In this document: piece by piece, positions 29,016-38,967 of the stretch
Numbering within the stretch: the first letter of the stretch is position 1
Layout: every line of letters starts with the position of its first letter
DNA from: a virus
Lineage: Duplodnaviria; Caudoviricetes
IMG/VR virus record: IMGVR_UViG_3300047320_000196
Location: 21-64,020 of that record
Reading direction: 5' to 3' (one strand)
Length of the DNA stretch: 64,000 bases
Program-made: the position numbers and the translations under genes
The notes under the pieces: generated by a model
Database searches by the model: none
Told to the model about the DNA's origin: nothing
What the model saw: the letters and a program-made list of their open reading frames with translations, nothing else

Positions 29016-29765
29016 TCAACTCCGTGCGATCAGCGAGACGGCCGGGAAGCCGCCGAAAGGCAGCGGGTTACCCTCGCCAAAGCGCGGGATGCAACCCTTG
29101 CCCAGCGTGGCGTCGCACTCGTCCAGTTCAGGGTTGTCGGTGACGACGCCGTCCTTGGTCACGTACGGGCCGGTGTAGCCACAATTCGGCCCTCGGTAGC
29201 CGCCGGTGAGGCACCAATGGCACAGCGTTGTCGCCTGCCGGCCGATGGACTCGTTACCAACATCGCCCGGGCTGGCCAACTCCCAACTGACCGTCTCACC
29301 GTCCTCGTTCGTCTTCTGGTCGATGTACCAGACCTCGATCGTCTCCTGGGTAGGGTCTGCCGTCGGGTTGCCGGCCGGGAAGTTCACCGCGTCCAGGTAC
29401 GTGCCCAGCGTGTGACGCATGGTCAGCTTGAACTCGAGAAGATCCTCGAACGCGAGGCAGAGCGCTGTGATGCGTCCGTTGACGTTGCCGACCGACAGGG
29501 TTGGGCGAACCGCAGTGCCGTCGCCGTTCGCCTCGATGCCGTCGATCTGCATCGGCCAGGCGCTGTACTCATTGCCCTGCCAGTAGATCGCCTTCGCCGG
29601 CAGTTGATCGGCATTGTCGCCGGCGGCGATCACCTCGGCCGCGGTGTGCGGGATCGCGTGCCCATGAAAGCGCAGCACGTCCGCGCCATAGTCCGTGCCG
29701 TCCAATTCAAAGAGCAGCACTTCGCTGCCAGGCTCAAGCACCTGGATATCACTGATCAGCGGCAT
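29016..29765 (-). CDS. Minor tail protein L
   Basis: C-terminal Cys cluster, FGGFP. Confidence 0.93.
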   Translation of the reverse strand: MPLISDIQVLEPGSEVLLFELDGTDYGADVLRFHGHAIPHTAAEVIAAGDNADQLPAKAIYWQGNEYSAWPMQIDGIEANGDGTAVRPTLSVGNVNGRITALCLAFEDLLEFKLTMRHTLGTYLDAVNFPAGNPTADPTQETIEVWYIDQKTNEDGETVSWELASPGDVGNESIGRQATTLCHWCLTGGYRGPNCGYTGPYVTKDGVVTDNPELDECDATLGKGCIPRFGEGNPLPFGGFPAVSLIARS

Positions 29766-29774
29766 GATTGCCCC

Positions 29775-30113
29775 TTATGGTTGGAATGCCCGCTCGAACG
29801 TGGCGGTGAGTTTGAAGACTCCGCCGCCCATTGGTGTGGGAGCGGGATTTTTGCAGGTGAACAGCCCGAGCTCGCCGAGCGGCGTTGTCCAGAGAAACGC
29901 CTTTGCCCCGGCGTGTCGGTCGAGGAACTTCATGATCTGCTGCACCACGGCCTTCTGGCCGACGCAGGTAACTGGATAGGAGTCCTCTTTGTTGTTCGGG
30001 CCGTCGCCGACGTTCTGCGCGTAGCCGTTACCAAACTTCGAGGTGCGCACCCGATAATTGATATCGGGTGTTTGCCCGCGCTCGGTTGGCCAGATGAATT
30101 TCTCGATGGCCAT
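29775..30113 (-). CDS. Minor tail protein M
   Basis: FGNGYAQ, FLDRHAG..AFLWT. Confidence 0.9.
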   Translation of the reverse strand: MAIEKFIWPTERGQTPDINYRVRTSKFGNGYAQNVGDGPNNKEDSYPVTCVGQKAVVQQIMKFLDRHAGAKAFLWTTPLGELGLFTCKNPAPTPMGGGVFKLTATFERAFQP

Positions 30114-33100
30114 CAGGCCCTCCCATTTGCGCGTCGGAAGCTGGCTCCACCAGGCTCCCAAGAGTCGGCCACAACTCTTTCCGCCACGGCTCGCATCTGT
30201 GTTTGAAGGTTTTTCGAAAGGGCTTGCTGGTCGATCTGCATTCCTTCGGAGCCTCGATCCTGGGTCACCACCGTGACCGGTGCGCTGATGCTGATCGCAG
30301 TCCCGGAGCCACCGCCGGCGGCGAGAACACCCAGCTTGCCGCTGGAAGTCCGGGTGAGCGGCATAATCGCCTCAGGCCCCGCTTCACCCATGACACCGGA
30401 TCGGCCGCCGGCCATCCCGAAGGCGGTTGGCGTACTGACGATGCTGTTGGTGAAGGCACCGCCGTTGGCGAACATCTGCACGCCTGACGACCAGGCACCG
30501 CCGAGCGCCTGCGGGAAGTAGCTGCTGGAGTAACCCGCCGAGGACGCCCCGAGATTCGACGACGTCGCACCTGCTGATCCAGCCGCCAGCCCATTCCCGC
30601 CACCACCGCCCGTGAAGTAACTGGTGGCCGCGCCGACGAGACTGCTCAGCAATGCCGAGCTGGCCTGCCGGGTCGCGATCCGCGCCATATCCGCGAGAAT
30701 CGACTTGGTGAAGTCAGCAAACGACAGCTTCCCGGTCATGGCGAAGTTGACGACTGCGTCTTCCATCGAGCTGAAGGCGTTACCGAACAGGGTTTTCGTC
30801 TGGCCGGCAATGTTGCTCGCCGAATCCAGGTAATTGGCCCAGGCCGATGTCGCGCCTTTGGTCCAATCTCCCTGCGCCGCCTCCACATCCGCGTAGTTCT
30901 GGCGGATCTGGTCGGTGGCGGCCTTGTTCGCATCGGCGAGAGCCTGCGACTTACGGCTGAACTCCTCCTCGGACATATTCCGCGACGGGTCAGATTTCTG
31001 GTTTGCCAGCTCCAGAGATTGCTGTGCGAACCGGTCTTGCTGGCTGTTCAGCTCATTATTGAGTGCGTTCTGGCGATCACCCTGGCCGACGCCGAGAACG
31101 GCGCGCTGTCCTGCCAGCTCCAGCGCTCGCTGCTGCTGAGCCAGTGCCTGAACGTAGGTCGTGATCGACCGCTCTTGTCGAGCAAGGCGACCGGTCTCGT
31201 TCGTGGCCAGAACCTCAAGCTGGCTGTCCGCCTCTTTCTGCGCCTTGACCATCCCGGCTCGCGCATCGGCGATCTTCTGGTCGAGCTGAATGCTTTGCGC
31301 AGCAGAAGTGGTCTTTTTCGCCTTCGCGGCTTCCAGTGCGGCGATTTCCGCCTCGTAGGCCGCAGTCACCTCGTCGCGCTCGTTGCCGATCAGCGCTTCG
31401 CGTTTCAGGGCGTAGTCGGCTTGCGAAACGAGCCCGGCCTTCTGCGCTGCGTCCAGTTCTTTCTGGGCGTTTTTGTACTCTTCGCTGATGGCTACCAGGT
31501 TGTTCTTGGCATTGTTGAAGCCGGTCAGATCGACCTGAGTACCTGCCGTTTTCGCATCCTTGAACTGGTCGTTGATGTTCGCCAGATTCTTGTCGATCGC
31601 GGCCTGATTCAGGCGCGGGTCGTTGGGTGCGACCTTGCGAATATCTTCGAGCTGCCGCTTGTATTCCTTGATCGCCTCAGTGCGCTTCTGTTCATTCGTC
31701 CACGCCGACTTGGTGAGTGCGTCGATCTTGCCCATGGCGGTAACAGCTTCGCCCTGGGCTTTTGCCTGTTCCCCTTCCCATTTGGCAATATCGGCTTCAG
31801 CTGCTTTTTGATCTTCAAGCATGTTGAGACGATTCTGGTAGAGATCGATCATCTCCTGCTTGTTCTGGAACAGACCAACATTGCCCGACTGGGCAGATTC
31901 CAGGTTGCGGCGCGCCTGTTCGATATCGGCGTTGATATCCGGTCGGCCAAGGTTCTTCAAATTATCCGCGGCACGCGCAACAGCGTTGTAGCCTTTCTCC
32001 CAGAAACTCAGGTTCTCCAGGATTCGCGGTGTGCGCTCGTTGATCGCATCAGCGTACTGCTCTGTTGCCAGCTTCACGGCACCAGCATGGTCACCCTGCT
32101 TCTCCAGCGCGGCGATCTGCGAGTAAACCGATGCGGTCAGGTAGTGGTATTGCTCATTCAGCGCAGCAGACGCCTTGACCGGGTCGTCAGCGAGCTTGGC
32201 GAACTCGGCCACGGTCTCGCTTACGGCCTTGCCAGTTGCCTCCTGCATCAACACGGCAGCCTGGGTGATTCCGGTGAAGCTTTCGCCGGCGATCTTGCCG
32301 TTGTCCGCCAGCAGAGCGAGCACGGCTGCGGCTTGACCAGTGGTGCCAACGGTTGCGCTGACTTGACGGGCCATGTCGCCCAATTGCCCGGCGCTCACAC
32401 CAGCGTAGTTACCGGTCAGGATCAGCGCTTTGTTGTAACTGTCCTGTTCCTCGCTCCCCTTGTAGAAAGCGTACGCCAGACCACCTACGGCAGCGGTGGC
32501 AAGTGCGAGCGGGCCAAGAATAGCGAGCAGCCCTGCCGCGCCGGCGCCTGCACCAGCGCCCAATTGCGCAACCGCTCGTACGCCGCTGCCCCAATCGCCA
32601 GAGGACAGCGCATTCCCCAGCTGAACGACGTTTTCCTGTGCCTGACGCGTGCCGAGGCGCAGCTTGTCGAAGCCGGTGGTGGTTTTGTTGAGCTTGTCGT
32701 AGTCCTTGTCGATCTTGCTCAGGGCGGTGTTGTACTCATCCTGGCTGATCCGGCCAGCATCCAGGTGCTTGCCCAACTGCTCGACCTGGGTATCTAGCTT
32801 CGCCAGTGCGGCGCGGGCCGGGTCAATAGCGCCCAGTAGGCTGTTCAGCGCCTTCTGCTCATCCATGGCCGACTTGGCCAGGGCTAACTGCTGCTTGTCG
32901 AGCTGCGCGGAGATCTTCGCGGCCTCAGCCTCTCCATAGGCGCCGGTTTTGGTCAGTTTCGCCAACGCGTCGCGCTGTTTGGCCAGGTCCTGCGTAGTCT
33001 TGGCGCTGGTAGAAAGCGACTTCTCCAGCGCCTGCATTTCGTTCATCAGCGAAACGGCGGACTGCTCGGCCCGGCCGCCGGCCTTCGCCATTTCATCAAG

Positions 33101-33163
33101 GCTCGTTTTGGCCTCGATTGCATCGGCCGAATCGATCTTGACGCCGAGTTCTGCAATGTTCAT
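30113..33163 (-). CDS. Tape measure protein (lambda H-like)
   Basis: 1016 aa, Ala-rich; DPVKAS..LNEQYHYLT; GEAGPEAIMPL. Confidence 0.93.
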   Translation of the reverse strand: MNIAELGVKIDSADAIEAKTSLDEMAKAGGRAEQSAVSLMNEMQALEKSLSTSAKTTQDLAKQRDALAKLTKTGAYGEAEAAKISAQLDKQQLALAKSAMDEQKALNSLLGAIDPARAALAKLDTQVEQLGKHLDAGRISQDEYNTALSKIDKDYDKLNKTTTGFDKLRLGTRQAQENVVQLGNALSSGDWGSGVRAVAQLGAGAGAGAAGLLAILGPLALATAAVGGLAYAFYKGSEEQDSYNKALILTGNYAGVSAGQLGDMARQVSATVGTTGQAAAVLALLADNGKIAGESFTGITQAAVLMQEATGKAVSETVAEFAKLADDPVKASAALNEQYHYLTASVYSQIAALEKQGDHAGAVKLATEQYADAINERTPRILENLSFWEKGYNAVARAADNLKNLGRPDINADIEQARRNLESAQSGNVGLFQNKQEMIDLYQNRLNMLEDQKAAEADIAKWEGEQAKAQGEAVTAMGKIDALTKSAWTNEQKRTEAIKEYKRQLEDIRKVAPNDPRLNQAAIDKNLANINDQFKDAKTAGTQVDLTGFNNAKNNLVAISEEYKNAQKELDAAQKAGLVSQADYALKREALIGNERDEVTAAYEAEIAALEAAKAKKTTSAAQSIQLDQKIADARAGMVKAQKEADSQLEVLATNETGRLARQERSITTYVQALAQQQRALELAGQRAVLGVGQGDRQNALNNELNSQQDRFAQQSLELANQKSDPSRNMSEEEFSRKSQALADANKAATDQIRQNYADVEAAQGDWTKGATSAWANYLDSASNIAGQTKTLFGNAFSSMEDAVVNFAMTGKLSFADFTKSILADMARIATRQASSALLSSLVGAATSYFTGGGGGNGLAAGSAGATSSNLGASSAGYSSSYFPQALGGAWSSGVQMFANGGAFTNSIVSTPTAFGMAGGRSGVMGEAGPEAIMPLTRTSSGKLGVLAAGGGSGTAISISAPVTVVTQDRGSEGMQIDQQALSKNLQTQMRAVAERVVADSWEPGGASFRRANGRA

Positions 33164-33190
33164 CGACTCACCTTGAATAAGCGCCCGTGA

Positions 33191-33466
33191 CTACGGGCTG
33201 TTTTCCCTTTCCTCCGCCATGACGCGCAGGGCTTCGCCTTCCAACACCTGCAGGTCAGGAAAGATTTCAACGAGTTTCTTTTTCTTGATGCCGAGGAAGC
33301 CGGCGACGTCGCGAATGCAGTTGTAATCGAGGCCGATGGCGCCACCGGTGCCGACCCGCCACTGCGTGGACATTCGGTTGAACAGGAGGAAGGCTGGCCA
33401 GTTGCATGGCCAGACCTCTGTTTCCTCTTCCAAATCACCCGGTGCGAGGCCGAACATACTCATCAA
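33191..33466 (-). CDS. Tail assembly chaperone T (DUF1799-like), probably expressed as a G-T frameshift fusion
   Basis: EVWPCNW, TQWR, GLDY; in -1 frame of upstream G. Confidence 0.8.
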   Translation of the reverse strand: MMSMFGLAPGDLEEETEVWPCNWPAFLLFNRMSTQWRVGTGGAIGLDYNCIRDVAGFLGIKKKKLVEIFPDLQVLEGEALRVMAEERENSP

Positions 33467-33510
33467 CTCAACCGGCGCCGCGGGCGCATATAGGGCGCGC
33501 GCGGCGTCTG

Positions 33511-33891
33511 TCAGTTTCCCAGGCGGGCCTGGTTGTAGGCGCCTTGATATGCCTCAACCACTGCTTCGGTTGCGCCTTGGCACGACCTCACCAGTGCGGT
33601 GATGCTCTTCTCATCGAACTTGTCGTCGAAGGCCCAGCCAGTTACCAGATCCTTGATCTGCTGAACCTGCTGGGCTGCATCTGCAGCGACCACTTCAGAG
33701 AGCGATGGTTTATCACCTAGCGCGGCCATGGCTTCCTTGCGATTCTGGTTCCACTCATCGAAAAGCGCGGCCAGTTCCAGCCGGTCGCGATACTTGAACG
33801 TGAACTCGATCTTTTCGGGCGCGCTGCCAACGATCGGGATCAGCACCATTGCTTGGAACGTCGGGTTCTGGGCGATTCGGATTTTTGCCAT
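33511..33891 (-). CDS. Tail assembly chaperone G
   Basis: NPTF...FTFK; ends ARLGN* over GGGAAAC. Confidence 0.85.
   Translation of the reverse strand: MAKIRIAQNPTFQAMVLIPIVGSAPEKIEFTFKYRDRLELAALFDEWNQNRKEAMAALGDKPSLSEVVAADAAQQVQQIKDLVTGWAFDDKFDEKSITALVRSCQGATEAVVEAYQGAYNQARLGN
33514..33520 (-). other. -1 ribosomal frameshift slippery site G GGA AAC
   Basis: X XXY YYZ just before the G stop; -1 frame is open into the T ORF. Confidence 0.8.
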
Positions 33892-33894
33892 TGG

Positions 33895-34551
33895 TTACAC
33901 CACCGCGGTCAGGTAGCGGGTCGGCTCAGCCTGAAGCGCCAGGTTCACAGTGCGAGTCAGCAGGTTGTTGCGGGACACTGCTGGCTGCTTGGAGAACGAT
34001 GTGTAAGCGCCGTAGAGCAGCGTGTCATTACCCGGCAAGTTCAGGCGCGCAGCCTCAACCTGCTTGCCGGCATCAGCCTTCATCAGCACCTTGTTGAAGT
34101 CCTGAGCAGGGTCATCCGCCAGGGTCAGCACCATGCTGGCTGCCGATTTGTCGGTCGGAATTTGCTTGCCTTGGTCATCCTCGAGGAAAACAACGTCGAG
34201 ATAGTTCTGTTCACCGCCGGAGAAGGCAACGTCGGAGATTTGCGGAATCTGCACCCAGGTCAGAACCTTGCGCATGGTGCCCGCCCCGCCGCCGGCCGGA
34301 AAGATCTGGGTGTCAGTGGTGTCGATGCCCTCGAGCGTGATTGCCGTGGCGGTCGCCGCCTTCACTCGAACCACTTTGCTGTCCAGCTTGCTCCAGCCCG
34401 AAGTCAGCAACACGATATCGCCAGCGCTCAGCGTGCCGCCCACAACGGTGGCCACAGCTTCAGTGGCGTTGGTGATGGAAGCGAACGCCAGTGCAGTGGC
34501 ATAGGTTGCAGCGTGCTGGAAAGTGCCGCCGTTCGGAATTTTGTAGCCCAT
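33895..34551 (-). CDS. Major tail tube protein
   Basis: SGWSKL, WVQIPQI, GGEQ; position. Confidence 0.85.
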   Translation of the reverse strand: MGYKIPNGGTFQHAATYATALAFASITNATEAVATVVGGTLSAGDIVLLTSGWSKLDSKVVRVKAATATAITLEGIDTTDTQIFPAGGGAGTMRKVLTWVQIPQISDVAFSGGEQNYLDVVFLEDDQGKQIPTDKSAASMVLTLADDPAQDFNKVLMKADAGKQVEAARLNLPGNDTLLYGAYTSFSKQPAVSRNNLLTRTVNLALQAEPTRYLTAVV

Positions 34552-34621
34552 GGGTGATTCCCCTTTTCAGAAATGACAAAACCCGCTCAATGGCGGGTTC
34601 TGGGTGTGCCCAATGGGCGGA

Positions 34622-35038
34622 TTAGTTGGTGTCGGCCCGGTAAGTGAAAGAGACCGGGACGGTGTACGCGGAATCGCCGGTGATGCCTGGGCCTTGGTCA
34701 ACTGGCGACATAGTCACCACAGTCACAGCCCCTTTTGTGTCCCGAGCGTACAGAGGGAACAGGTTCGTCAGCTCCTCGACGATCTGGTTCGTCTTTGTTT
34801 TCCCGGTACCGGCCGGCGCAATAACGCTCACCTGAAACACGCCGGTGAACAGCCGGTGATCGCCGCCGAGCGTGTTGCTCGCGGTATCACCCGGGATCGT
34901 GAACGCTCGCAGATAGGTTTCATCCGCTGCCGGCGTGTAGGCCGTGTTCTCGAAGATGATCTTCAGCTTCTGCGACCTGGCACCATTCCAAGCGATGAGC
35001 TTTGCCTCGTAGATTGAGGCGATGATCGCGTGACTCAT
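34622..35038 (-). CDS. Tail terminator-like protein
   Basis: GVFQVSVIAPAGTG; position. Confidence 0.75.
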   Translation of the reverse strand: MSHAIIASIYEAKLIAWNGARSQKLKIIFENTAYTPAADETYLRAFTIPGDTASNTLGGDHRLFTGVFQVSVIAPAGTGKTKTNQIVEELTNLFPLYARDTKGAVTVVTMSPVDQGPGITGDSAYTVPVSFTYRADTN

Positions 35039-35631
35039 ACCTGATTGTTCCTGATGGCCTCATGCACGATCTGCTGGAAGCGAGCCACGGTAACCCGGAC
35101 CATGCCGCCGGGGGCCTGGGTCGAATGACCAAACTCCAGCGGAATCGCGTAGGGCAAGTTGTTGATGATGTAAGCGATCTGGCCGGCGGTGAAATCACTC
35201 ATCGCGGCGACCAGGGCGGCTACGGTCTCGGTGCCACTAGGGTCAACCTCGTCGAACGTGACGCTCTCGACCACACCGAGGGAAATGTGCCAGTTCGCAC
35301 GGAAGCGGCCACCGACATAGCCTTCCGGTGCGACGATGTCCATGCCGTCATTGAGCTTGCGGCCTTTTTTGAGCCTGCCGCCCTTGGTCAGGTTGGCCGG
35401 ATCGCTGCGCAGCGCAGTGTTGTGGTCGTCGACAGCCTTGTTGTACTGGGCCGCTACCGCGTTCTGCGCCCAGATCTCCGGGTTACCCACGGGAGACATC
35501 CGGATCAGGCTGCTGCCGACCTCGATGATGATCTCGCGCACGCTCGCGTCGATGGCCTCGCTGGCCTGGGCTGCAAACTCTGCGAGGCTCAGGGCGAAGC
35601 TGCCGGATTGACCGACGCCTGCCCGACTCAC
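35035..35631 (-). CDS. HK97 gp10-like neck protein
   Basis: SPV..., GRFRANW, NNLPYA..LEFGHS.QAPGG. Confidence 0.85.
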   Translation of the reverse strand: MSRAGVGQSGSFALSLAEFAAQASEAIDASVREIIIEVGSSLIRMSPVGNPEIWAQNAVAAQYNKAVDDHNTALRSDPANLTKGGRLKKGRKLNDGMDIVAPEGYVGGRFRANWHISLGVVESVTFDEVDPSGTETVAALVAAMSDFTAGQIAYIINNLPYAIPLEFGHSTQAPGGMVRVTVARFQQIVHEAIRNNQV

Positions 35632-35999
35632 GACCGCACCTGCAGTTCATACAGTATCGGCGTGCCGGCTGGATTGACCTCTTTCAGCGGCGGGACAATT
35701 GCCCATGTGCGGCCCTGGGCGACCACCTTGTCGAGCAGGCCCGGCACCCAGGCCAAACCCTGCGCGGCGATCTTGAGCTTCTTATCACCCTGCCGAATGA
35801 GACTGTTGTTTTGGAATTCTTGGCCGGTGAAGTCGAGCAGGACGCCCTGGGCAGTCTGCTCAATGGTGACGCCCGGCGCCTCGCCGCCCGTCTCCGGGTC
35901 ATACTCGCCCGGCTCCGTCTTGCTGATGGTCACCGGCTGGCCGAACTGCGTTATCAACCGCAGAGCGGTAGCAGCCGTGCGGTCGTAGAACGCGCTCAT
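35628..35999 (-). CDS. Head closure-like protein
   Basis: YDPETG, I..GD; position. Confidence 0.7.
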   Translation of the reverse strand: MSAFYDRTAATALRLITQFGQPVTISKTEPGEYDPETGGEAPGVTIEQTAQGVLLDFTGQEFQNNSLIRQGDKKLKIAAQGLAWVPGLLDKVVAQGRTWAIVPPLKEVNPAGTPILYELQVRS

Positions 36000-36001
36000 T
36001 G

Positions 36002-36505
36002 TCAGGCCCTCACGGCAAACAGGCCTCGTTTGGCCAGGTAGTCGGCGAACTGGGTTCGGCTTGGGCGATCTGGTGCGGCCGGCAATAGCCTGCCGCTTTT
36101 GTTGCTGATCGGGGCGTATTCAACATCAACCGCGCCTTCGACTCGCTCGCGAATTACCGCCCCCTGACGCTGATCGACCGGGTCGATATCGTCGGTGTGG
36201 ATCTCGGCAGCCAGCGCCATTTGCCCGTACTGGATCCGCGCGGGCAGGTAGTTGTCGGGCTTGATCTCGTAATCCAGCTCGACGCCGCGGCGTGGCCAGG
36301 ATAGTGCCTGCTCGCTGTTGGACTTTCGCCCTTTCCACGTCATGCCGTCCATTGCCAGCGCGGCCCGGCGCAGCAGCGCTTCCTGCGCTGGAACCTCCGC
36401 CGGGATGATCACGCCGAACTTCACGGCGTACATGGCCAGGTCTTCGGCGGATGCGTAGCTCTCGGCGTCAGGCTTGCCGGTACCGTCCTCGATGATGAGA
36501 GTCAT
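36002..36505 (-). CDS. Head-tail adaptor (DnaT-like family)
   Basis: IEDGTG..DAESY, QALSWPR. Confidence 0.75.
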   Translation of the reverse strand: MTLIIEDGTGKPDAESYASAEDLAMYAVKFGVIIPAEVPAQEALLRRAALAMDGMTWKGRKSNSEQALSWPRRGVELDYEIKPDNYLPARIQYGQMALAAEIHTDDIDPVDQRQGAVIRERVEGAVDVEYAPISNKSGRLLPAAPDRPSRTQFADYLAKRGLFAVRA

Positions 36506-36562
36506 GAATCAGCTCGCTGTGGTGTTCTGGACCGGATGCCACGTTATCGGGCACCCGGGTGA

Positions 36563-37138
36563 TTACGCCTGCTGCAGGTCAGCAACTGCCTTTTCCAGCG
36601 ATTCTACCGAAGCATTCGCCCGATACGTCACGTTGGCGGCGTCGAGTTGCGCTTTGAGGTTCGCGATCTTCTCCGCATTGTCGACCGGCTCCGCTGCCGC
36701 CTTCAGGCGTGCAACTTCAGCGCGGAGAGATTCAACCTCGCCCGCCAAGTTGTCACGCTCACCCGTGAGGGCTTCGAAACCCTGGTGAATCGCTTTCAGC
36801 GCACCGAACAATCGGATCGGCAGTTCGCCGGCGCCCGGGTGTTCCAGCTCAGACAGACCTTCAGCGGCGTCGATCAACAACACGATGCCGTCACGTTCCG
36901 CATTCAACTTGTCGATCAGCTCCCGCAGTGCAGCGTGATCACCACTATCGGCGATCAGCAGCATCGGTGCCGGTTCAACCTGCCGCACCGTCACCTCCGG
37001 CACATCACCGGCCTCACCCTCGCGACTTTCGGTAATGTTCGCGTCGATGATGCGCAGGCCGTGTTCCTTCGCCAACGCCTTCACATCTTCCCGGTACTGG
37101 TGAAACGGTCCGGGCAGATACCAGATTTTATTGCTCAT
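36563..37138 (-). CDS. Hypothetical head-region protein
   Basis: Follows capsid; coiled coil and short helical C-terminus. Confidence 0.7.
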   Translation of the reverse strand: MSNKIWYLPGPFHQYREDVKALAKEHGLRIIDANITESREGEAGDVPEVTVRQVEPAPMLLIADSGDHAALRELIDKLNAERDGIVLLIDAAEGLSELEHPGAGELPIRLFGALKAIHQGFEALTGERDNLAGEVESLRAEVARLKAAAEPVDNAEKIANLKAQLDAANVTYRANASVESLEKAVADLQQA

Positions 37139-37189
37139 GATTGCATCTCCGCCAAGCCGGGAACACGTCCCGGCTTGGACATCACGGGG

Positions 37190-38158
37190 TTACTTGGAGG
37201 CGTCACCGATCAGAGCCACACCGGCGGTGTGCTTGATGCTGGTAGCGGTCTTGTCCCAGTTGGTACCGGTCGCCAGCTCAGCGTCGGTCGGCGACTTGCC
37301 GCCGGTGGTGGTATCCCAGGTGTAGCCCTTCAGGCCCAAGCCGAAGGTGTAATCGGTTTGCAGCGTGGTCTCGATGCGTTCCTTGCCGTTGGTGGTCTGG
37401 ACGTTGCTGATGATGTCGCGGCCGTCGTGGACCAGTGCAGCGCCCTGCACCAAGGACAGAATGATTTCCTTGTTCGGGGTGCCGGCCTGCATCAGCGCAG
37501 GGGCGTCCGTCACAACGGAGATCTTGCCGAGGATGTCCACCACGCGAACGTTGCCCGCCTGGAACAGCTGCTGCTGGTTCGCCAGGTTCTGGCCGACCAA
37601 CTTGTGGTAGCTGGTGCCCTGCATCACCTGGGTGACCAAGTTCTGACTGGCGTCGCCGAACTTCGCATGCGCGTTATTCAGGCCGGCGTAGCTGATACCT
37701 GCGGTAGCCGACACATCGTTGACTGCTGCCGCTTGGGCGGTAATCGCTGCCACCAGCGCCGCGATTGCAGTGTTCAACTGATCCTTCAGCAGGATTTCAG
37801 CGAACGCGCGGCTCGCGACTTCGATACCTTGCGCGGTCGGGCGCTCCAGCCAGGTCATCTGCGATGGCTCATAGCGGATCGGGCCGAAGCCGCCGGCAAC
37901 CTTCACCGAAGTGTTTTTCAGTTCGGTCAGGTCGGTGGCAGCAACAGCGGCGTTGGCGCTATAACGGTCCACGCGACGCTGAGCAGCAGCCAGGGTCTGG
38001 AAGAACGACTCTTGGAGGAAGTCGCCAGTGAAGCCGTCTGGGGACAACACGATAGCGCCGCGGCTCGCAGCGTTGAAAGCGGCCAAGTACTGATCCAGCG
38101 TCTCGAGAGTCGCCGGCATGATGTACTGGTTGAAGACCTGCATTTGCGACAGGGACAT
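37190..38158 (-). CDS. Major capsid protein
   Basis: FNAASRGAI, LKGYTWD, PTDAELATGTNW; position. Confidence 0.85.
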   Translation of the reverse strand: MSLSQMQVFNQYIMPATLETLDQYLAAFNAASRGAIVLSPDGFTGDFLQESFFQTLAAAQRRVDRYSANAAVAATDLTELKNTSVKVAGGFGPIRYEPSQMTWLERPTAQGIEVASRAFAEILLKDQLNTAIAALVAAITAQAAAVNDVSATAGISYAGLNNAHAKFGDASQNLVTQVMQGTSYHKLVGQNLANQQQLFQAGNVRVVDILGKISVVTDAPALMQAGTPNKEIILSLVQGAALVHDGRDIISNVQTTNGKERIETTLQTDYTFGLGLKGYTWDTTTGGKSPTDAELATGTNWDKTATSIKHTAGVALIGDASK

Positions 38159-38169
38159 GAGTTATTTCC

Positions 38170-38877
38170 TTACGATTGAGGGAGATCCGGGAACCGGCTT
38201 GCGATCGCAGCCGTACGTTCCTCTTTGTTACCGCCGATTTTTCCTTTCGGGGCCCCGCCCCCACCACCTGCACCGCCGGCCCCGCCGCCCGATGCCTTAC
38301 TACCTGCGATCAGCGGCGCGAACGCCGCGTCATTCGCAATTTCTGCTTTCAGCTCATCCAGCGTTGCCGCCGAGAGCTTGCCCTGCGCGTCGAGGACGAC
38401 CACTACGGGCTTCCCGTCGCGCTGCTCGACGCTCAGACGGCGCTCGATGTGCGGCAACAGGGCTTTTGCGCTGCCCTGCACTGCAAGTGCGGAGGCGATG
38501 TCAGTAGCGGTACGGCCGACAGTCAGATCCCGGATCTGCCCGCTCAGCGTTGCCCGCTCCTGTTCCAGCGTGCCGGTCAGCTCAGCTTCGCGGCGAGTGA
38601 ATTTCTCTGTCCAGGAACGCTCGAGCTCTTCGACGTTGCCGGACTTGCGAGCGAGTTCTTCCCGCTCCAGGCGCGCAGCCTCTTCGGCTTCGCGCGCCTT
38701 CTTCTCAGCGGCTTTCTTCTCGCCGAGCAGTTCATCTACCTTGGCCTTCAGGCCGGATACATCTTCTTGCTGCGGCAGACCTTCAATGCCGAGTACGAAC
38801 TTGCCGTCCTTCTCGGTGTAAAGAGCGCGCACGGCTTCATCTACCCCTTCCAGGGTATCCAGTTGGAATTTCAGCAT
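38170..38877 (-). CDS. Capsid scaffold protein
   Basis: Coiled coil, C-terminal GGGAGG; upstream of capsid. Confidence 0.8.
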   Translation of the reverse strand: MLKFQLDTLEGVDEAVRALYTEKDGKFVLGIEGLPQQEDVSGLKAKVDELLGEKKAAEKKAREAEEAARLEREELARKSGNVEELERSWTEKFTRREAELTGTLEQERATLSGQIRDLTVGRTATDIASALAVQGSAKALLPHIERRLSVEQRDGKPVVVVLDAQGKLSAATLDELKAEIANDAAFAPLIAGSKASGGGAGGAGGGGGAPKGKIGGNKEERTAAIASRFPDLPQS

Positions 38878-38967
38878 TGGTTGTCTCCCAGAGACTTAGG
38901 TGCAGGCCCTGCCTGCGAAATTTGGACACAATCAAAAAAAGATATGAGAATGCCCGGTTAATCATCA

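Noticed and set aside
28923-30206. 427-aa plus-strand ORF
   Set aside because: Antisense shadow of L and M in GC-rich DNA
31019-32797. 592-aa plus-strand ORF
   Set aside because: Antisense shadow of the tape measure gene; no motifs
36647-38179. 510-aa plus-strand ORF
   Set aside because: Antisense shadow of capsid-region genes
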